Origin: Balanoglossus misakiensis
Lineage: Eukaryota; Animalia; Hemichordata
Reading direction: 5' to 3'
NCBI GenBank assembly: GCA_040954595.2
Contig: CM082589.2
Coordinates: 12,102,894-12,166,893 of the forward strand
DNA: 64,000 nt
Below, in pieces: positions 23,301-36,540 of this stretch. Under the pieces are notes generated by a model. That model worked only from the letters and a program-made list of their open reading frames with translations. It ran no database searches and was not told the origin of the DNA. Every line of letters starts with the position of its first letter. Position 1 is the first letter of the stretch. A program made the translations under genes and the position numbers.

Positions 23301-23791
23301 TCCAGGACCTTTATAATATAGACCAGAATGCCATAATAGATGTGATAGCTTCACTGTACAGGTATAGGCCATATGGCTAGATCACATGACTAATTAACTA
23401 TTAATTGTTGGGGTCACATCCACACGGCCTCATCCACAGTGCCAAGTTTGAGATTGCTACATTGAGTCCTTCATGCTTGAATACGATGTTGTCATAGCCT
23501 TTTTGTAAATTTGGCCCTTATATGGTCATCATGTCACGTGACAAATTATATATTCACGGATTAGGCATGTGTCTCCTCATTGGCCCCGTCCACTGTGCCA
23601 TGGTTAAAATTTGTACATTGAGTCCTTCATGCTTGAATATGGTGTTGTCATAGTTTATTTGTAAATTTTGCCCTTATATTGTCATCATGTCACGTGACTA
23701 ATTATACATTCACAGGTTAGGTACATGTCCACTCATTGCCCCATCCACTGTGCCAAGTTTAAGGTTTGTTCATTGGGTCCTTAATACTTGA

Positions 23792-24424
23792 TTATTACAC
23801 CTCACTCTGTATTCTGTAGTCTTGATTGGCTGAAACCGTACCACGTGACATAGAAAAAAACGTGATATTGCATGGTTGACAGAGTCTATGGCCCGTAGGT
23901 AGGGGCTACGGGCCGGAGATACGCGTGCGCTGAGAGTATATTGCCGGCTGAAAACAGGTTTTAGGTTCTGCGCATCTTTTCTGCGCATAACAAACTGTCG
24001 TTCAATGGCTTCCTTCACGATCAGTCAACTCCCGCATATATGGCTTCAAAGCGACACACAGGATTAACACCTGTTTAACTGGACGATATTTTACCGCAAA
24101 TGGACAGCAAATACACCAAAGCCGCAACCAACATCGCAGTTTATCTGAATTCGAAGTAGGTACACTGTACAGCGAGATATTTTAGTTCACTGCAACCTGC
24201 ATCGTACGAAATGGACGCAACCCTCTATGCTGTGTATGGTCAAATGTTCGGTATAATAAAATTAATAACACATAACCCTAACCCTGGTGATCTCTGACCA
24301 TAATACTGTTGATGCCCTTTCCTGTGGCTCGGGCATCATCAATATTATTATGGTCAGAGATCACCATCCCTCGTGCAGGCCAAAGATCATGATATTGCCC
24401 TCGCTAACATGTGTTATTATTTAA
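23792..24424 (+). mobile_element. Crypton-like (tyrosine recombinase) non-autonomous element
   Basis: Interrupts the host repeat cttga|atacgatg without a TSD and ends in ttaa. Hairpin ggtgatctctgaccataat..attatggtcagagatcacc. Remnant MASKRHTGLTPV*LDDILPQMDSKYTKAATNIAV from 24040. Confidence 0.6.
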
Positions 24425-25458
24425 ATACGATGTTGTCATAGCTTTACTATGCAGGTATAGTAAAGCCTATGCCTTGGTCCAGACCCCCCATGGTCAATGA
24501 AAAAATATGAAATATAATGATCAAAAATCTTCTTCTCAAAATTGGCATACCCTAGGACCATGAAATTTGGCATGTAGGACCATGGCAATATGGTTCACAA
24601 AGCATCTTAAAATAATTGTGATTCGTGATATTTTATGCAAATGAGAGCAATTTGAAAATTTTGCCCTTATATGGTCATCAGGTCACGTGACTAATTTAAC
24701 ATTCACGAACGTACTGCACCAGATCTCATTGGCCTGCATCATTGTGCCAAATTTGAGAATTGTAGGTTAAGCCGTTTTCAAGATCCTAGTGGCCGATGAA
24801 AGTGCCCAAGAAGAAGATAAATGCCAGCAATACCAATAGGGGCCCCGCCCATAGGGGCTTGGGCCCCTAAAAACCCAAGTAATAACAATAGCGGCCCCGC
24901 CCATAGGGGCTTGGGTCCCTAAAAACGCCAGTTATACCAATAGGGGCCCCGCCCATAGGGGCTTGGGCCCCTAATAAGTTAGTTGTAAAGTTATTACTGA
25001 GCTTGAATTTCACTAGCGACTAAAAGTAAACAAAAACTGATGGTCAAAGTATCACAAGCTTTATTTTGGTTTGATGTAGGATGTAATATGCTTATAGCAC
25101 ACTGCCAAATTAATGTCAACCAATAAGACCGGTAGGATACGATCGAAAACCACACGTATTAATGTGTAAAAGGCCGAACTTCCCAATAAATTTGGGTAGC
25201 CGACTACAGACAGAGTCGAACCGATGCATGATCTGAAGTATCAAGACACATGGACTATTATTTATTGTTTCAGCAATTTGACTTAAGTTTATAATTTCCT
25301 ATGGCAGTTTTTGCCGACAAGAATCAATGCCCGACCAAACAAAATGGACATTTTCACATGATCGTTACTGAGGTCACAAGTTAGCCAAGCCCTCATACAC
25401 GCGCTATTCGGACCTATCGGTGATCTGTTTGTGTGTTTAGCTAAGGTGGTAAACTGTT

Positions 25459-28400
25459 CATCAATCAATCAATCAATCAAAAGGACTTATAGAGCACCAA
25501 ACTCCACTGCAATAGTGTTCAATAGTGCTTTACAATGTAAAGTTACTGTTAATAGGCTCTGTTAAACAGATAAGTCTTGATGTGTTTCTTGAAACTGTCA
25601 AGGCTAGGTGACTAGCATACCTCTATTGGGACACTGTTCCAAATGAGTGGGGCGATATACGAAAAAACACGATCGCCGTACGTTTTCTTCTTACTCCATG
25701 GTACATGAAGTAGAAATTTGTCATTTGAACGAAGAAGTCTTGTTGAAGTTTTCAGATGGATTAAGTCAGAGATTTAAGTTGGTGCTGTGTTGTTTAATGC
25801 CTTATATGTCATAAGCAAGATCTTGTATTGGATTCTATAGTGTACAGGCAACCAATGTAAATCCATGAGAACAGGAGTAATATGATCCGTTTTACGGGTA
25901 CGAGAAACGATCCTGGCTGCAGAATTCAGGGCATGCTGTAGCGGTTGAATGCATGATGATGGTAAACCACAGAGTATTGCATTACAGTAGTCCAGTTTTG
26001 ATGTGATTAGAGCATGAACCAGCATCTGGCAAACTTACTTAGTGAGGTAACGGCGAATGTGGCTGATTTGACGCAGATGGAAGAAAATTGACTTGCAAAT
26101 TGCGTTAATGTGCTTATTGAAAGTGTAATTGTCGTCGAATGTCACACCTATATTCCGTGCAGAATTCACAATTCACAACATGATCCAATGCTCATGTGGT
26201 TTATGGGACGAGGCGAGCGGTTGAACTGAGACCTTGTCAGGAGTACTTCGGTTTTGCCACCATTGAGTTGAAGTTTATTATGTGTAATCCAGGTTTTTAT
26301 TTCGTGAACTGCCCTTTCCATCTTGTCTAATGTATAATGTACTTATGGTGTCTAACTGGAAGAAATATTGGTATAGTTGGTTGTCATCGGCATATTGGTG
26401 AAAATTGACTCTGTGGTGACAAATAAGTTGAGCAAGTGGTTGGATGTAGCTGCAGAACAAAAGTGGTCCAAGCACTGAACCGTGTGGTACTCCATATTGT
26501 AGATATTGAGGTTCTGACATTGTGCCATACAAACTGCTGTCTGTCCTTAAGATATGATGAGAACCATTGTAGTGGGATGTTGGTGATGCCCAGTTTTGAT
26601 AACCTTGAGATGAGTATGTCGTGATCTATGGTATCAAACACAGAGGAGAGATCGAGGAGAACCATGAGAACATATTTACCGGCATCCAGTGCCATACAAA
26701 TATCGTTGTTGACTTTAGTAAGTGCTGTTTCGGTACTGTGATCCTTTCGGTACGCTGACTGCAGTGGTTCTTGTAGTGAGTTGGTAGTCAAATATGATGT
26801 CAATTGTTGTGCTACAATCTTCCCGATTACTTTTGACAGGACGGTTAGGTTTGAAACAGGTCTATAGTTCTTGAAAATGTTTTTGTCGAGCGAAGGTTTC
26901 TTGAGTATATTGGTGTGATGACTGCTATTTTAAGTTATTCAGGAACAGTTCCAGTTTTGAGTGACAAATTGATAATTGTGGCTGTGATAGTGAGCAGATT
27001 ACCAAGACATTGCTTAACAAGTGCTGTAGGGATGGGATCAAGTACACATGTTTTAGATGGAGAGCCAGAGATAACTTTGCTGATTTCTTCGTCTTTAGCT
27101 GTGTGGAATTCAGGAAGTGTTGATGAGACTGCTGGGTGCAGAAATTGGTAATCTTTTGAAGTAGGGTTTACCATGTCGTGGCTGGAACGGATAGATATGA
27201 TTTTAGTGATGAAATATTTACTGAATGTCTCTGCTAAGTCTATTTTAGCAGTGTGGTCAGGTAGAGTCTTTTCTTGTTGCTTGCCAGCCAGGGTTGATAT
27301 GATTTGAAATAGTGACTTCTGGTTACCATACTTTTCCTCAATTAGATGTGAGAAGTATGACTTTTTGGTAGCTCTGATTAAGTGACTGACATTTCTGCAC
27401 TCATGTTGATATATCTGACGATGAATCTCCAGCTTAGTTTTTCGCCACAGATGTTCAGCCTTCCGTCTATTCTTTTTTGCAATGTCGATTTCATGAGTAT
27501 ACCATTTGGTACCTGGACGTATGATCACTGTACGCTTTTGAAGTGGTGCGTTGGCTTGAAGAACTTCACTGACGTGTTGGTTATAAGCTGATATGGCTGA
27601 GGAGAAGTGTTTGGAGGCGAGGACATGTGATGTATTTTGTCGAGATCATGGCTGAAACTATCAATTGAAATGGCAGATACGACGATAAGATATTTGACGT
27701 CTACTGTGTGTTGGTTTCGGAAGAGCAAGTTTTGCATTGACAGGATTGTGATCAGAGAGTTCCAAGCAGTCTACAGAGACACTCTTGATGTTAGACGCAG
27801 AGTTAGATAAGATGAGATCAAGAGTATGACCCTTTCTGTGTGTTGGTTGTTGGACCCATTGTTTCAGATTACAGGCGCTGATGATTCCATTGAATTTCTG
27901 TGTTACTGGATTCTTATCATCTTCTAGGTGAATATTGAAATCTCCTACGATGAAGAGATTACTTGACCTACTTCTCAAGTGTTGTACTGAACTCTTCCAT
28001 GAACTGTGGTGCAGTGAACTTATTCTTAACTGATGGTGGTGGACGGAAAGTTTCTGGTGAAGAATAGTTGCTTCCGCTGCCTCAAAAGATTTAAACCCCG
28101 GTGCGGCGTATAAAAGACCCCCCAAATCAGTGGCGAATCTTAATGCCGTTTGCCTGACAACAGACAGCACCAACGATCTTGGCTCTATGAAAATCGGCCC
28201 AAACAGGTCCAAGCATAAAGAATTACACCACACAACGACAGTAGTTGGCTTTATAAACACACACAACATAAAGTTATCGACGAAAAAGTACACGAGCTTA
28301 TGAAACAACGATGATTTTGGGAGAAATCTGGTTTCAGTGCTTTTCAGAAGCGTCCCTGGGAAACAATAACCACGCAATTGAAACAGTTGTCAATCGCGTG

Positions 28401-28850
28401 GAAGTGTGAAGTGTTCAATTATTTTCTGTGTACATGAGAGCCATTACACAGTCATTATGCACGACGACCACTCCCGATAAACAACTATACAAACACACGT
28501 TAATCCGAACCCCAGGACTTTCTGCACCGGGGTTTAACAGAGAGAATAGGCTTCCAAGCTGTTAATTTTAGTGCTAGCTTATGAATTTAAGCTAAGCCTC
28601 CACCGATCTTGCCAACCCCAGGTAGATGTTTGACAGCATAGCCTGGTGGTGTGCATTCAGCCATTACGTGTTCGTCACCAGATTCCTTCAACCATGTTTC
28701 AGTGAGTACAAGAATATCAATGTCTTTATCTGTGATGTAGTCTGCAATGTCTAATGATTTGCATCTAGCTGAGCGGACATTCCATGTAGAGAGTAGAAGT
28801 TCACACGTATTGTGGATAGGATGGATCTTGAATAAGTTGCATAGTCACTC
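25459..28850 (-). mobile_element. L2-clade LINE, decayed near-complete ORF2 (APE endonuclease + RT)
   Basis: EN: TWNVRS..LTETW..IVGDFNIH..GHTLDL..SDH. RT: [41 protein letters not shown]2-like 3' end with (ttga)n tail. Confidence 0.93.
28095..28533. mobile_element. TTAA-targeting MITE inserted in the L2 endonuclease
   Basis: TTAA|accccggtgc...gcaccggggt|TTAA; removing it restores the LINE frame (SVKSFEAAEA). Confidence 0.8.
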
Positions 28851-29329
28851 TTCAATAGATATTTAGTGACTCGCTAACTGTTGCGATTCGTGTGTGTGTA
28901 ATTTACGTACTTCAAGTTAAATATCGCAACTAGCCATAATGTTTGACTAGGGGGAGCACCTATACTAATGCGAGAACCAGGGATTGAAAGTTGCACCTGT
29001 GTTTTGATCCCTTAGTTACCCTTATAAGTACATTTGTTGTTCAATAACCATAGTTCTATTGCAAACCATTCTTTTCGTAGTTTCTTATTTCAAATATTGT
29101 AATCTGAATTTATTTTGGTGTTTAACAGGTGTGATTATCTGTATTGGCGGCCATTTTGAAAATAATTGGTTGCCATGGAAACTCTTTAACAGATATTTAG
29201 TGACTCGCTATCTGAATTTGTTCAGTACACATTAACACACATCTGAGCCAAGTTTGGTGCTTTTATCACAAAATACACAATCGATATGAAAATTTGGGTT
29301 TTGGTGCTCCACTACATAAGTAACATTAA

Positions 29330-30543
29330 GGATGTACGTTCAGTAAAATTGAAAGTATTGTCATTTTTTTTAATTGTGGATTTTTTTATTCTCCTTTGTA
29401 TGTATAATAAAAATCCGTAATTAAATATAGGGGTCACCGGGCTTGTTTTTGAAATACAGAGCTATGAATTTGGTCGATAATAGAAGAAATCTGCTGACTC
29501 AGCATTTTTCACCAGCGGTTTGTCTATGGGCAAAATTCTTAACGCAATTTATCTAAAAAAAGAGCACGGTGACCCCTATATTTTATTTGACCAATGAATT
29601 TATATTTGCTGGACTGAGCTATGTGTAAAATTTCGTGAAAATGACAATAGTAGAAGTTTGTTTTCTGGCGATTATTACATATAATTCCCCCGTATTTCGA
29701 ACGAGTGTGCCTGCGTCGCGGACGAGTGATTCCCCGTATAGCGGCCGTATCCCTCCGAGCCATTCTATACGGGGAATCGAGAGTTCGCGACGCAGGTACA
29801 CGAGTGAGGAATACGGGGGAATTATATGTTTATCACATACATAGATCCGCTAATTTTGATTTTCAAATAAATCTCTTTGTGGTTGCGATAAAATTTGTAA
29901 CTATTTTGTGCAAAATTGAAGATCGATGTTATGCGGTCTATCTGCCAGGTGACTCAGGTCACGACCTGGACGATTCTGGTTTTGGCGATGACCCGTCTGT
30001 CGTGCGTCAGCAGGATTTCATCGTCAGTCAAGGTTTCACTGGAGCAGGAAACCTTTCTTATGCCTTTTGCTTCATGACTAGACCGTTTTGCTCTAATCGT
30101 CGCATCAAAATTTTTGCGAATACTCAGTTTTGTACCTGTCGCTCGTTCGACAACGCGACGACATTGGCTCAGCACTGACGACCTTGCGATAGTTTTGGTG
30201 CCGGTTGGTGCGATAAAAATGTACACAGGTAAAACTAATCGTCGATCGTCCAGATTTACACATACGAAACATTTTATTTATCTTTGATTATTTTTAAAAT
30301 CGAAATAAAACCAACAATTGCACGGAATTTTGTCGCCCTAAGAGGACTTTGTTTACAAGTTTAAAATAGTTCCGTTTGGTGACGTCAGAGGGATGGGTAT
30401 TACAATAACGCTTGGTGCAAATTTACCTACGTCTGACGTCATACTATGGTATATGCGGAGCTATGTATGTGATAATCAATGTAATCCTATGGGAAAAAGA
30501 CCGGGCGCACAATGTTTCCAGTTTATGTTCTGCGCGTACATCC
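29330..30543. mobile_element. Kolobok-like non-autonomous element with a nested hairpin/Crypton-like fragment
   Basis: TTAA|ggatgtacg...cgtacatcc|TTGA. Internal IR aaatataggggtcaccg / cggtgacccctatattt. ~150-bp palindrome at 29678-29829. Confidence 0.65.
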
Positions 30544-30941
30544 TTGATGAAGTTTGCTGGCTAGAGGGCTCCTAAACCTCCCTAATATTTGACGTCTTCA
30601 CTCCTACAGGACTGCGCAGTTGGAAGTTACAGTTCAGCATGTTCTGAAGCATGCACGCTGTGTCCAAGGGTTTCATGTGTGGAACAGCCAGCCTCTCATC
30701 ACCAACACAATGCGGACAGGGATATTTTGCCAACAATGGAAGTATAGACTGTACGCCTTGTCCTGCCCTGGGTATAAGTGTCAATATGATGGTATGTCGG
30801 AGCCAGAGGTGTGTGAAGATGGATACTACACTAATATAGAGGGTGAGTCAGCACTTAAAGTTTGGGCATTACTGTGTAATCTTTCACTTAAGGCAGACGA
30901 TCATCTTATGTGCATGTGCGTAATTCTGTGCGTACAAACAT

Positions 30942-31727
30942 ATGGGGTGCCATGTGTTAACTTATTATTTAGCTAAATTATTTGTTCAAAAGTCGTTATT
31001 TAACATACTTATATGTATGTAATTATAGATTTGCAAACCATTTAAGTCCTGACAATTTATTTATAAATAATTTCAAGTCGATTCAATTATATACATAAAA
31101 TGTATTTTATGCTCTTTTATTTATATATAATAAATTATTTATAAACAATGTCAGTGTCAGTCTATTATATATATATCATGAGTGATGTACATAATTATTT
31201 ATATATAATTAATTATTTATAAATAAAAAAAAATTAAGTGTATTATATATATATATCATGAGTGATTTATAAATAATTTAAGTGCAAGTCTATTATATAT
31301 ATATCATGAGTGATTTACATTATATAATGAATTATATATAAATAAGTGATTTCTAAACCATGAAAAAATGCACTCGCGCCGTTTGTCAACTTATTATTTA
31401 ACGCAAACTCATTATTTAACGCAAACTCATTATTTAAGGCCTGTTCACACGACCCCTTGCATTTGGATCATTACGCACACATATAGTCCCCACACGTGAA
31501 CAAGAAATGCACATTACGTGCGGTCATTTCATTTTTATTATACTTAATGAACTGCTCTTAAAAATACATTTTATGTATATAATTGAATCGACTTGAAATT
31601 ATTTATAAATAAATTGTCAGGACTTAAATGGTTTGCAAATCTATAATTACATACATATAAGTATGTTAAATAACGACTTTTGAACAAATAATTTAGCTAA
31701 ATAATAAGTTAACACATGGCACCCCAT
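30942..31727. mobile_element. AT-rich fold-back transposon with ~170-bp TIRs
   Basis: atggggtgccatgtgttaac...gttaacacatggcaccccat, flanked by the direct repeat acaaacat (6-8-bp TSD depending on where the ends are placed). Confidence 0.85.
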
Positions 31728-32718
31728 ACAAACATTACGTCCAGTCTAAAAATTCTGCCAATTTTACATCCAATGCATTCAAATAGTGGACTGCTTCGCT
31801 TTCATCCAGTTTTCATGTGCATCGTATAAGTAGACTTTTGTTTTGTCCCGTCTTTTCACCGAATTTGCTCTTTTCCAAATCTCCGACACAGACTATGATC
31901 GTCACATTCTTGTCTGTTGTTAGAACAGCACACTGCCATATGGCATTGACTGTATACAGTTTCTGTTACCAATATCTCTGGTTTGGCATTTTCCTGTCCT
32001 CAATCTTTTGCCAGGGATTTTTGTGTCCCCAACCCGCGTGAGAATCCCACGTCTTTGAAGGTATGACTGTGACTATAAGATTCTATAAATCTCTGTTTAT
32101 TTTCAGCACTTGATTGCCCAGCTGGTAACCAATGTCCAAATGGTAACACTGTGATTTTATGCTCGGCTGGTTATTACAGTTCGGCCTTGGACAAAGGATG
32201 TCTCGCTGTACCTCTTGCATAACAGGTAAACTTCTACCCACCAACCTTTATTTCCAACATCAAACATTAGGTCAGGTAATTTACTAACTGAAAAATAGGA
32301 TGGGAACATTTTCCATTTCTGTATTTAAAATTTACTGATATAATATATGAATGAAAAAATGACAATTTTTCCAAATTTGAATAGACCTATTTATGAAAAT
32401 AATTAAAATTTGCGCCAATTTTTTACAGTGGTATTCAAAGGTTAACTTGGTGTGTAAATTCTTTGTTTGATTTACAGATCAGCCGGTGCTGAACAGTGTA
32501 CTATTTGTGAGCAAGGGTACGCCTGCACAGATCCCAGTGCATCGCAATTCAAGTGTACCAAGGGTTACGTGTCATTGGCTGGTGCAACAAACTGTACCAG
32601 ATGTACAAATGGTAAGATTGTGGTACTTGTTCAGTTTGCTGTGTGATGAAACTGAGTGGTATGTGTGTATGCATGTATGTGTTTACAACAGATTTTCAAG
32701 TCAGTGCGACTGGGGTTA

Positions 32719-32750
<32 letters not shown>

Positions 32751-33626
32751 TACAACAGATTATCAACTCAGTGCGAAATCTTGCGAGACCCGGTTAGCCA
32801 TGTGAGATCTCGCAGAGTCTTATGATATTCAGAAAATGGTTGATTAGAAATGACGTTTAATGTCCTCCAAAGAATTTTCTACATGCCCGTATACTTGTCT
32901 CAGAATTATGAAGTGAATCATCTCAAGTAATTTGTTATTTTAAATGACACTGTATCACAAATACTTCACTAAAAACCTCATTTTCTTTAATCAGATGAAA
33001 TAAGTGAGGAGCCTGCACGCACATCCCGTCTTCTGTGCCCTGCTGGACAATCGTGTTCAGATCCAATGTAAGATCCGCTTGACTGTGGCAATGGTGAATA
33101 TGCTATGGAAGGCGACGGCACATGCACGCCTTGTCCAGCAGGATCCAAGTGTCCAACCATGTCACCCGTAGTTGATTGTTCAACAGTTACTGGTAAGTTG
33201 GGCTGCAAATTACTCTTATGACTTCCCTGTGTTATAGCATGACATACACAGAAAATTAAACTGTTATGCTCATTGGAGTTGATATTGTGATGCACTTTGA
33301 AAAACACAATGATTCCACTGAAGAGGTATTGTACAGTAACACCTGTGATTACGGACATCTCTCTAATAAGGGATCGTTGGACCAAACCAATCGTTCTTTG
33401 AATTTTTTCTGTGATAGGTTCATACTCGCTAGGTTCGGCCAAGTCCTTCTGGTTATGAATGCACAACTACAAATGTCACACAGTGCGCTACAGGGAAGTA
33501 AAGTGTTGAAGGAGGTAAGTCTTGAAATCTCTTTTCTTCTGGTCTCGATTTGAACATGGTTCCACAAGTTGTTTACATCACTTGTAGTTTTACATATTCT
33601 TTTAGTTCAACAGCTATGCTATACAT

Positions 33627-34293
33627 GGTGTCCTGAGAAGTCGACCAGTATGAGAAGTCGGTATCGGCCAGTACGAGAAGTCGGCCTGTGGGAGAGAACC
33701 CTGGTACTTTGTGTTATATATAACTGTTTCACTACGAAATGTTTCCTTGATGTACAGGAGCTGAGATATTTGTACAAATAGCCGATGAATTTTAAAACTG
33801 TCTGTTCACTTTTCATGTACGTCACCGGGGTACGTCAACATCAGTCACCTGCACTTCTTGAGCTGCGCCAGTAGTCTGTTCCTTGTCACGTTTGTTTGTT
33901 TGTTTGTTTGGTGTTGTCTCAGAAAGTATGAATATACACATACATCTTCTATGTATTTTAGTAGGCTTTGAAACAACTCCCTTTAATCAGAAATGTCACA
34001 GGAATTTGGCGAACAACCTAAGCTCCTTACGCGGATACGGGGCTGGGGAACTGGTACGGATGCCAGACGCCATTATTTGAAATGACGCCATTGTGTTGTC
34101 AAGAATTTGGGAAATCCGTCCAAATGAAAATATTTAGTGCAATTATATTTTATTAAGTGTTGTTATAAGTAATCTGGGTCATCACTGCACTATTCGGGTA
34201 CAAGTTCAACAACTGGCTGACTTCTCGTACTGGCCGACTTCTCATACGCGCGTAGTGGCCGACTTCTAATCTGGCCGACTTCTCATGTATTCC
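33627..34293. mobile_element. MITE with subterminal gagaagtcggcc arrays (also present in copies 2 and 3)
   Basis: gg...cc termini, tatacat direct repeat, inverted motif arrays at both ends. Confidence 0.7.
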
Positions 34294-36084
34294 TATACAT
34301 TAGTGAAAATTGGGGAAACTGGTGTTTTCAGACAACTTATGAAGTCCCTTTCGCAATATTAACTCTAAAACAGCGGGTGATATTCCTTTTAAAATTTAAC
34401 CAAATAAGCATACTTGAACTCTGTCATATCGGCAAAACACTCACTACACAAGCTGCTGTTATTCTACAGACATGACATGTGCTGATTGCGGCGTAGGTAA
34501 CTACTGTCCAGATGGGTCAGACAGCCCCATTCCTTGTCCATCAAGTTATTATGCTGACACAGCCACAGAAGTATCCTGTACCCCTTGCGATCCAGGCTGT
34601 CAGTGTGCAGCAACATCACCCACTTGCCTGCACATCAAGAACCTACTCTCTGGGACCATCAACAACATGTACTCCCCTTCTACCAGGTTTGTAGTCGTCT
34701 TAGTCGTAAAAACATATTTAAGGTGTTGGGCACCTCGAAATAAAGGGTCGTCTGATCATGTTAAAATTAATACTGATGATACTATGACTTCTAAACATTT
34801 AATCTATGGAATAAAAATTGGGGGTCAACCATCTAGAGTTTTGAAAAAGCGCCCTTTATCTAGCACCTCTTTCAGATTTTGCCAGGCTCGTAGATTTTTG
34901 TAAAATGGCCTCAAAAATAAGAATTTTGGAAGGTTTGTCATATTTTTTCACCATTGTAGAATCTAAATGTTCTGAATTATTTTATTTTTAGCAATTTTGA
35001 GATTGCTTCATGTTCAGTATGATAATCGCATGTCAATACAACTGTTACATTAAAGGAAAAGTTCAAATCCGCCTAAAACCACATTGCATTGGTACCTAGT
35101 TAAGTTGTCCTCACTTCTGACGCAAAATTTTGATGTGCAATGCACGTGTCTGTGAAATTGACGAATAAAAAAATTGTATACCAGTGCAAAATTAAAAACT
35201 CCCTGTGCAGCCTTCTTGGCAACTGCATGCTGGGAAAAGTACTCGGATGATGACGAAAAAGTTTCGGGGTTCCGGGTAGTGCTACCCCGGAATACAATGT
35301 TGGGTGCAGACTCCAACTATGGAAAAGAGATGCAGAATGTCATGTGATATAGTAGTGAAAACAAATACACGTTGGTTCACGTATTTCAGCTCTCAGCAAT
35401 CAGGGTGCATTAAAAGGCCTTGATTGGTGTGATATTCACAATTGATGATTATAAATACTTACAGTTGTATACTGTTTTATTTTGTAAATATTGTGTACAT
35501 TTGCAGCAATGAATCCGTGCGAACACAAACCTTAACCCATGCCGGAATGCTGGTACTTGCCAAGCAATCCAGGGATCTTGTACAGGCGTCACATGTCTAT
35601 GTGCTGGCTGCTACCTGGGCTTCACATGTGAAACACGTGAGTACAGTACTTTGTCATTTATTAAAAAATCTAAGTGCTGAGGTACATTGTAGTAATAATA
35701 GCAGGTGTAGTCATTATCATCATCATCATCATCTTTAAGTCAGTCATATGATCGGTAATAAAAACAGTAAAATCACCAGTATAAAAACATAACAGAGAAA
35801 TAATGAACGTGTACTGGTGTTACCATAGGTAACTGTTGTATAAAATTTTGAATTCCTGTCTTCCAGTTCCTAATCCATGCTTCACTAGTCCTTGTCTCAA
35901 TGGAGGTACCTGCCAACAACAGGCAAATTCTTGTACTGCCACCATTGGCATGTGCACAGAGTGTTACTAGGGAAACAGGTGTGAGACAAGTAAGTTTGAA
36001 TCTATAGCAGTTAATAATGATAATTATCATTTTTTTTTATTATGATTTAAACTTCACTGATGTTGTACAAACACAAAAATAGAA

Positions 36085-36540
36085 ATAATAATAATAATAA
36101 TAATAATTTATTTGTATAGCGTCAGTATCCACAAAAAATGTGATCAATGACGCTTAAAGCAAAAGTACAATACAACACAACAAATGGCTAAAAAACAGAT
36201 TTAAAAAGTAAAGTTTTAACATTTGATTTAAAAACAGATAAGTCTGGTGCCTGGCGAATGGTGAGTGGAAGATTATTCCAAAGAATTGGAGCAGCAACAG
36301 TAAAAGCACGATCACCATAACTCTTGGTGCGTGATCGAACAGGGCAGAGTTTGAACTGATCAGCTGACCTCAAATTGCGACACGGAACATATAGATTAGT
36401 CATGCTAGAAAGATAGATTGGACCAAGTTTATGAATGGATTTAAAAATGAGAACTAACATCTTAAAAACAATACGCTCTGTAACAGGTAGCCAGTGCAAC
36501 TGATACAAAATGTGACAGGTGATTTTTGAACGAGTAACAA
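36085..36540 (-). mobile_element. L2 LINE 3' fragment (copy at ~50660-51120)
   Basis: QLHWLPVTERIVFK..YGDRAFTVAAPILWNNLP..FKSNVKTLLF, with an (att)n tail. Confidence 0.9.

Larger units (their letters stand above)
21774..24977 (+). mobile_element. Non-autonomous Helentron (HINE) related to the 1-13.9 kb element
   Basis: Begins aatatagctgcaagc. Carries units related to the 240-bp repeat (21790-22430), ~130-bp repeats (23370-23790), a segment at 24520-24800 homologous to 13465-13740, and a triple hairpin at 24823-24977. Confidence 0.85.
30610..34686 (+). pseudogene. Cys-rich (GCC2/GCC3, ephrin-receptor-like repeat type) exons, decayed: 30610-30842, 32107-32225, 32478-32611, 32995-33192, 34470-34686
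   Basis: ag/gt-bounded exons encoding CTPCPAG, CTICEQGYACTDP, CPAGQSCSDP, CGVGNYCPDG. Frameshifts in the 30610 and 34470 exons, TAA stop in the 32995 exon. Confidence 0.8.

Noticed and set aside
27661-28377. 238-aa ORF as a novel gene
   Set aside because: Chimera of a TTAA MITE read into the L2 endonuclease remnant.
32987-33466. 159-aa minus-strand ORF present three times
   Set aside because: Antisense to a Cys-rich exon plus intron; its recurrence only reflects the tandem duplication.
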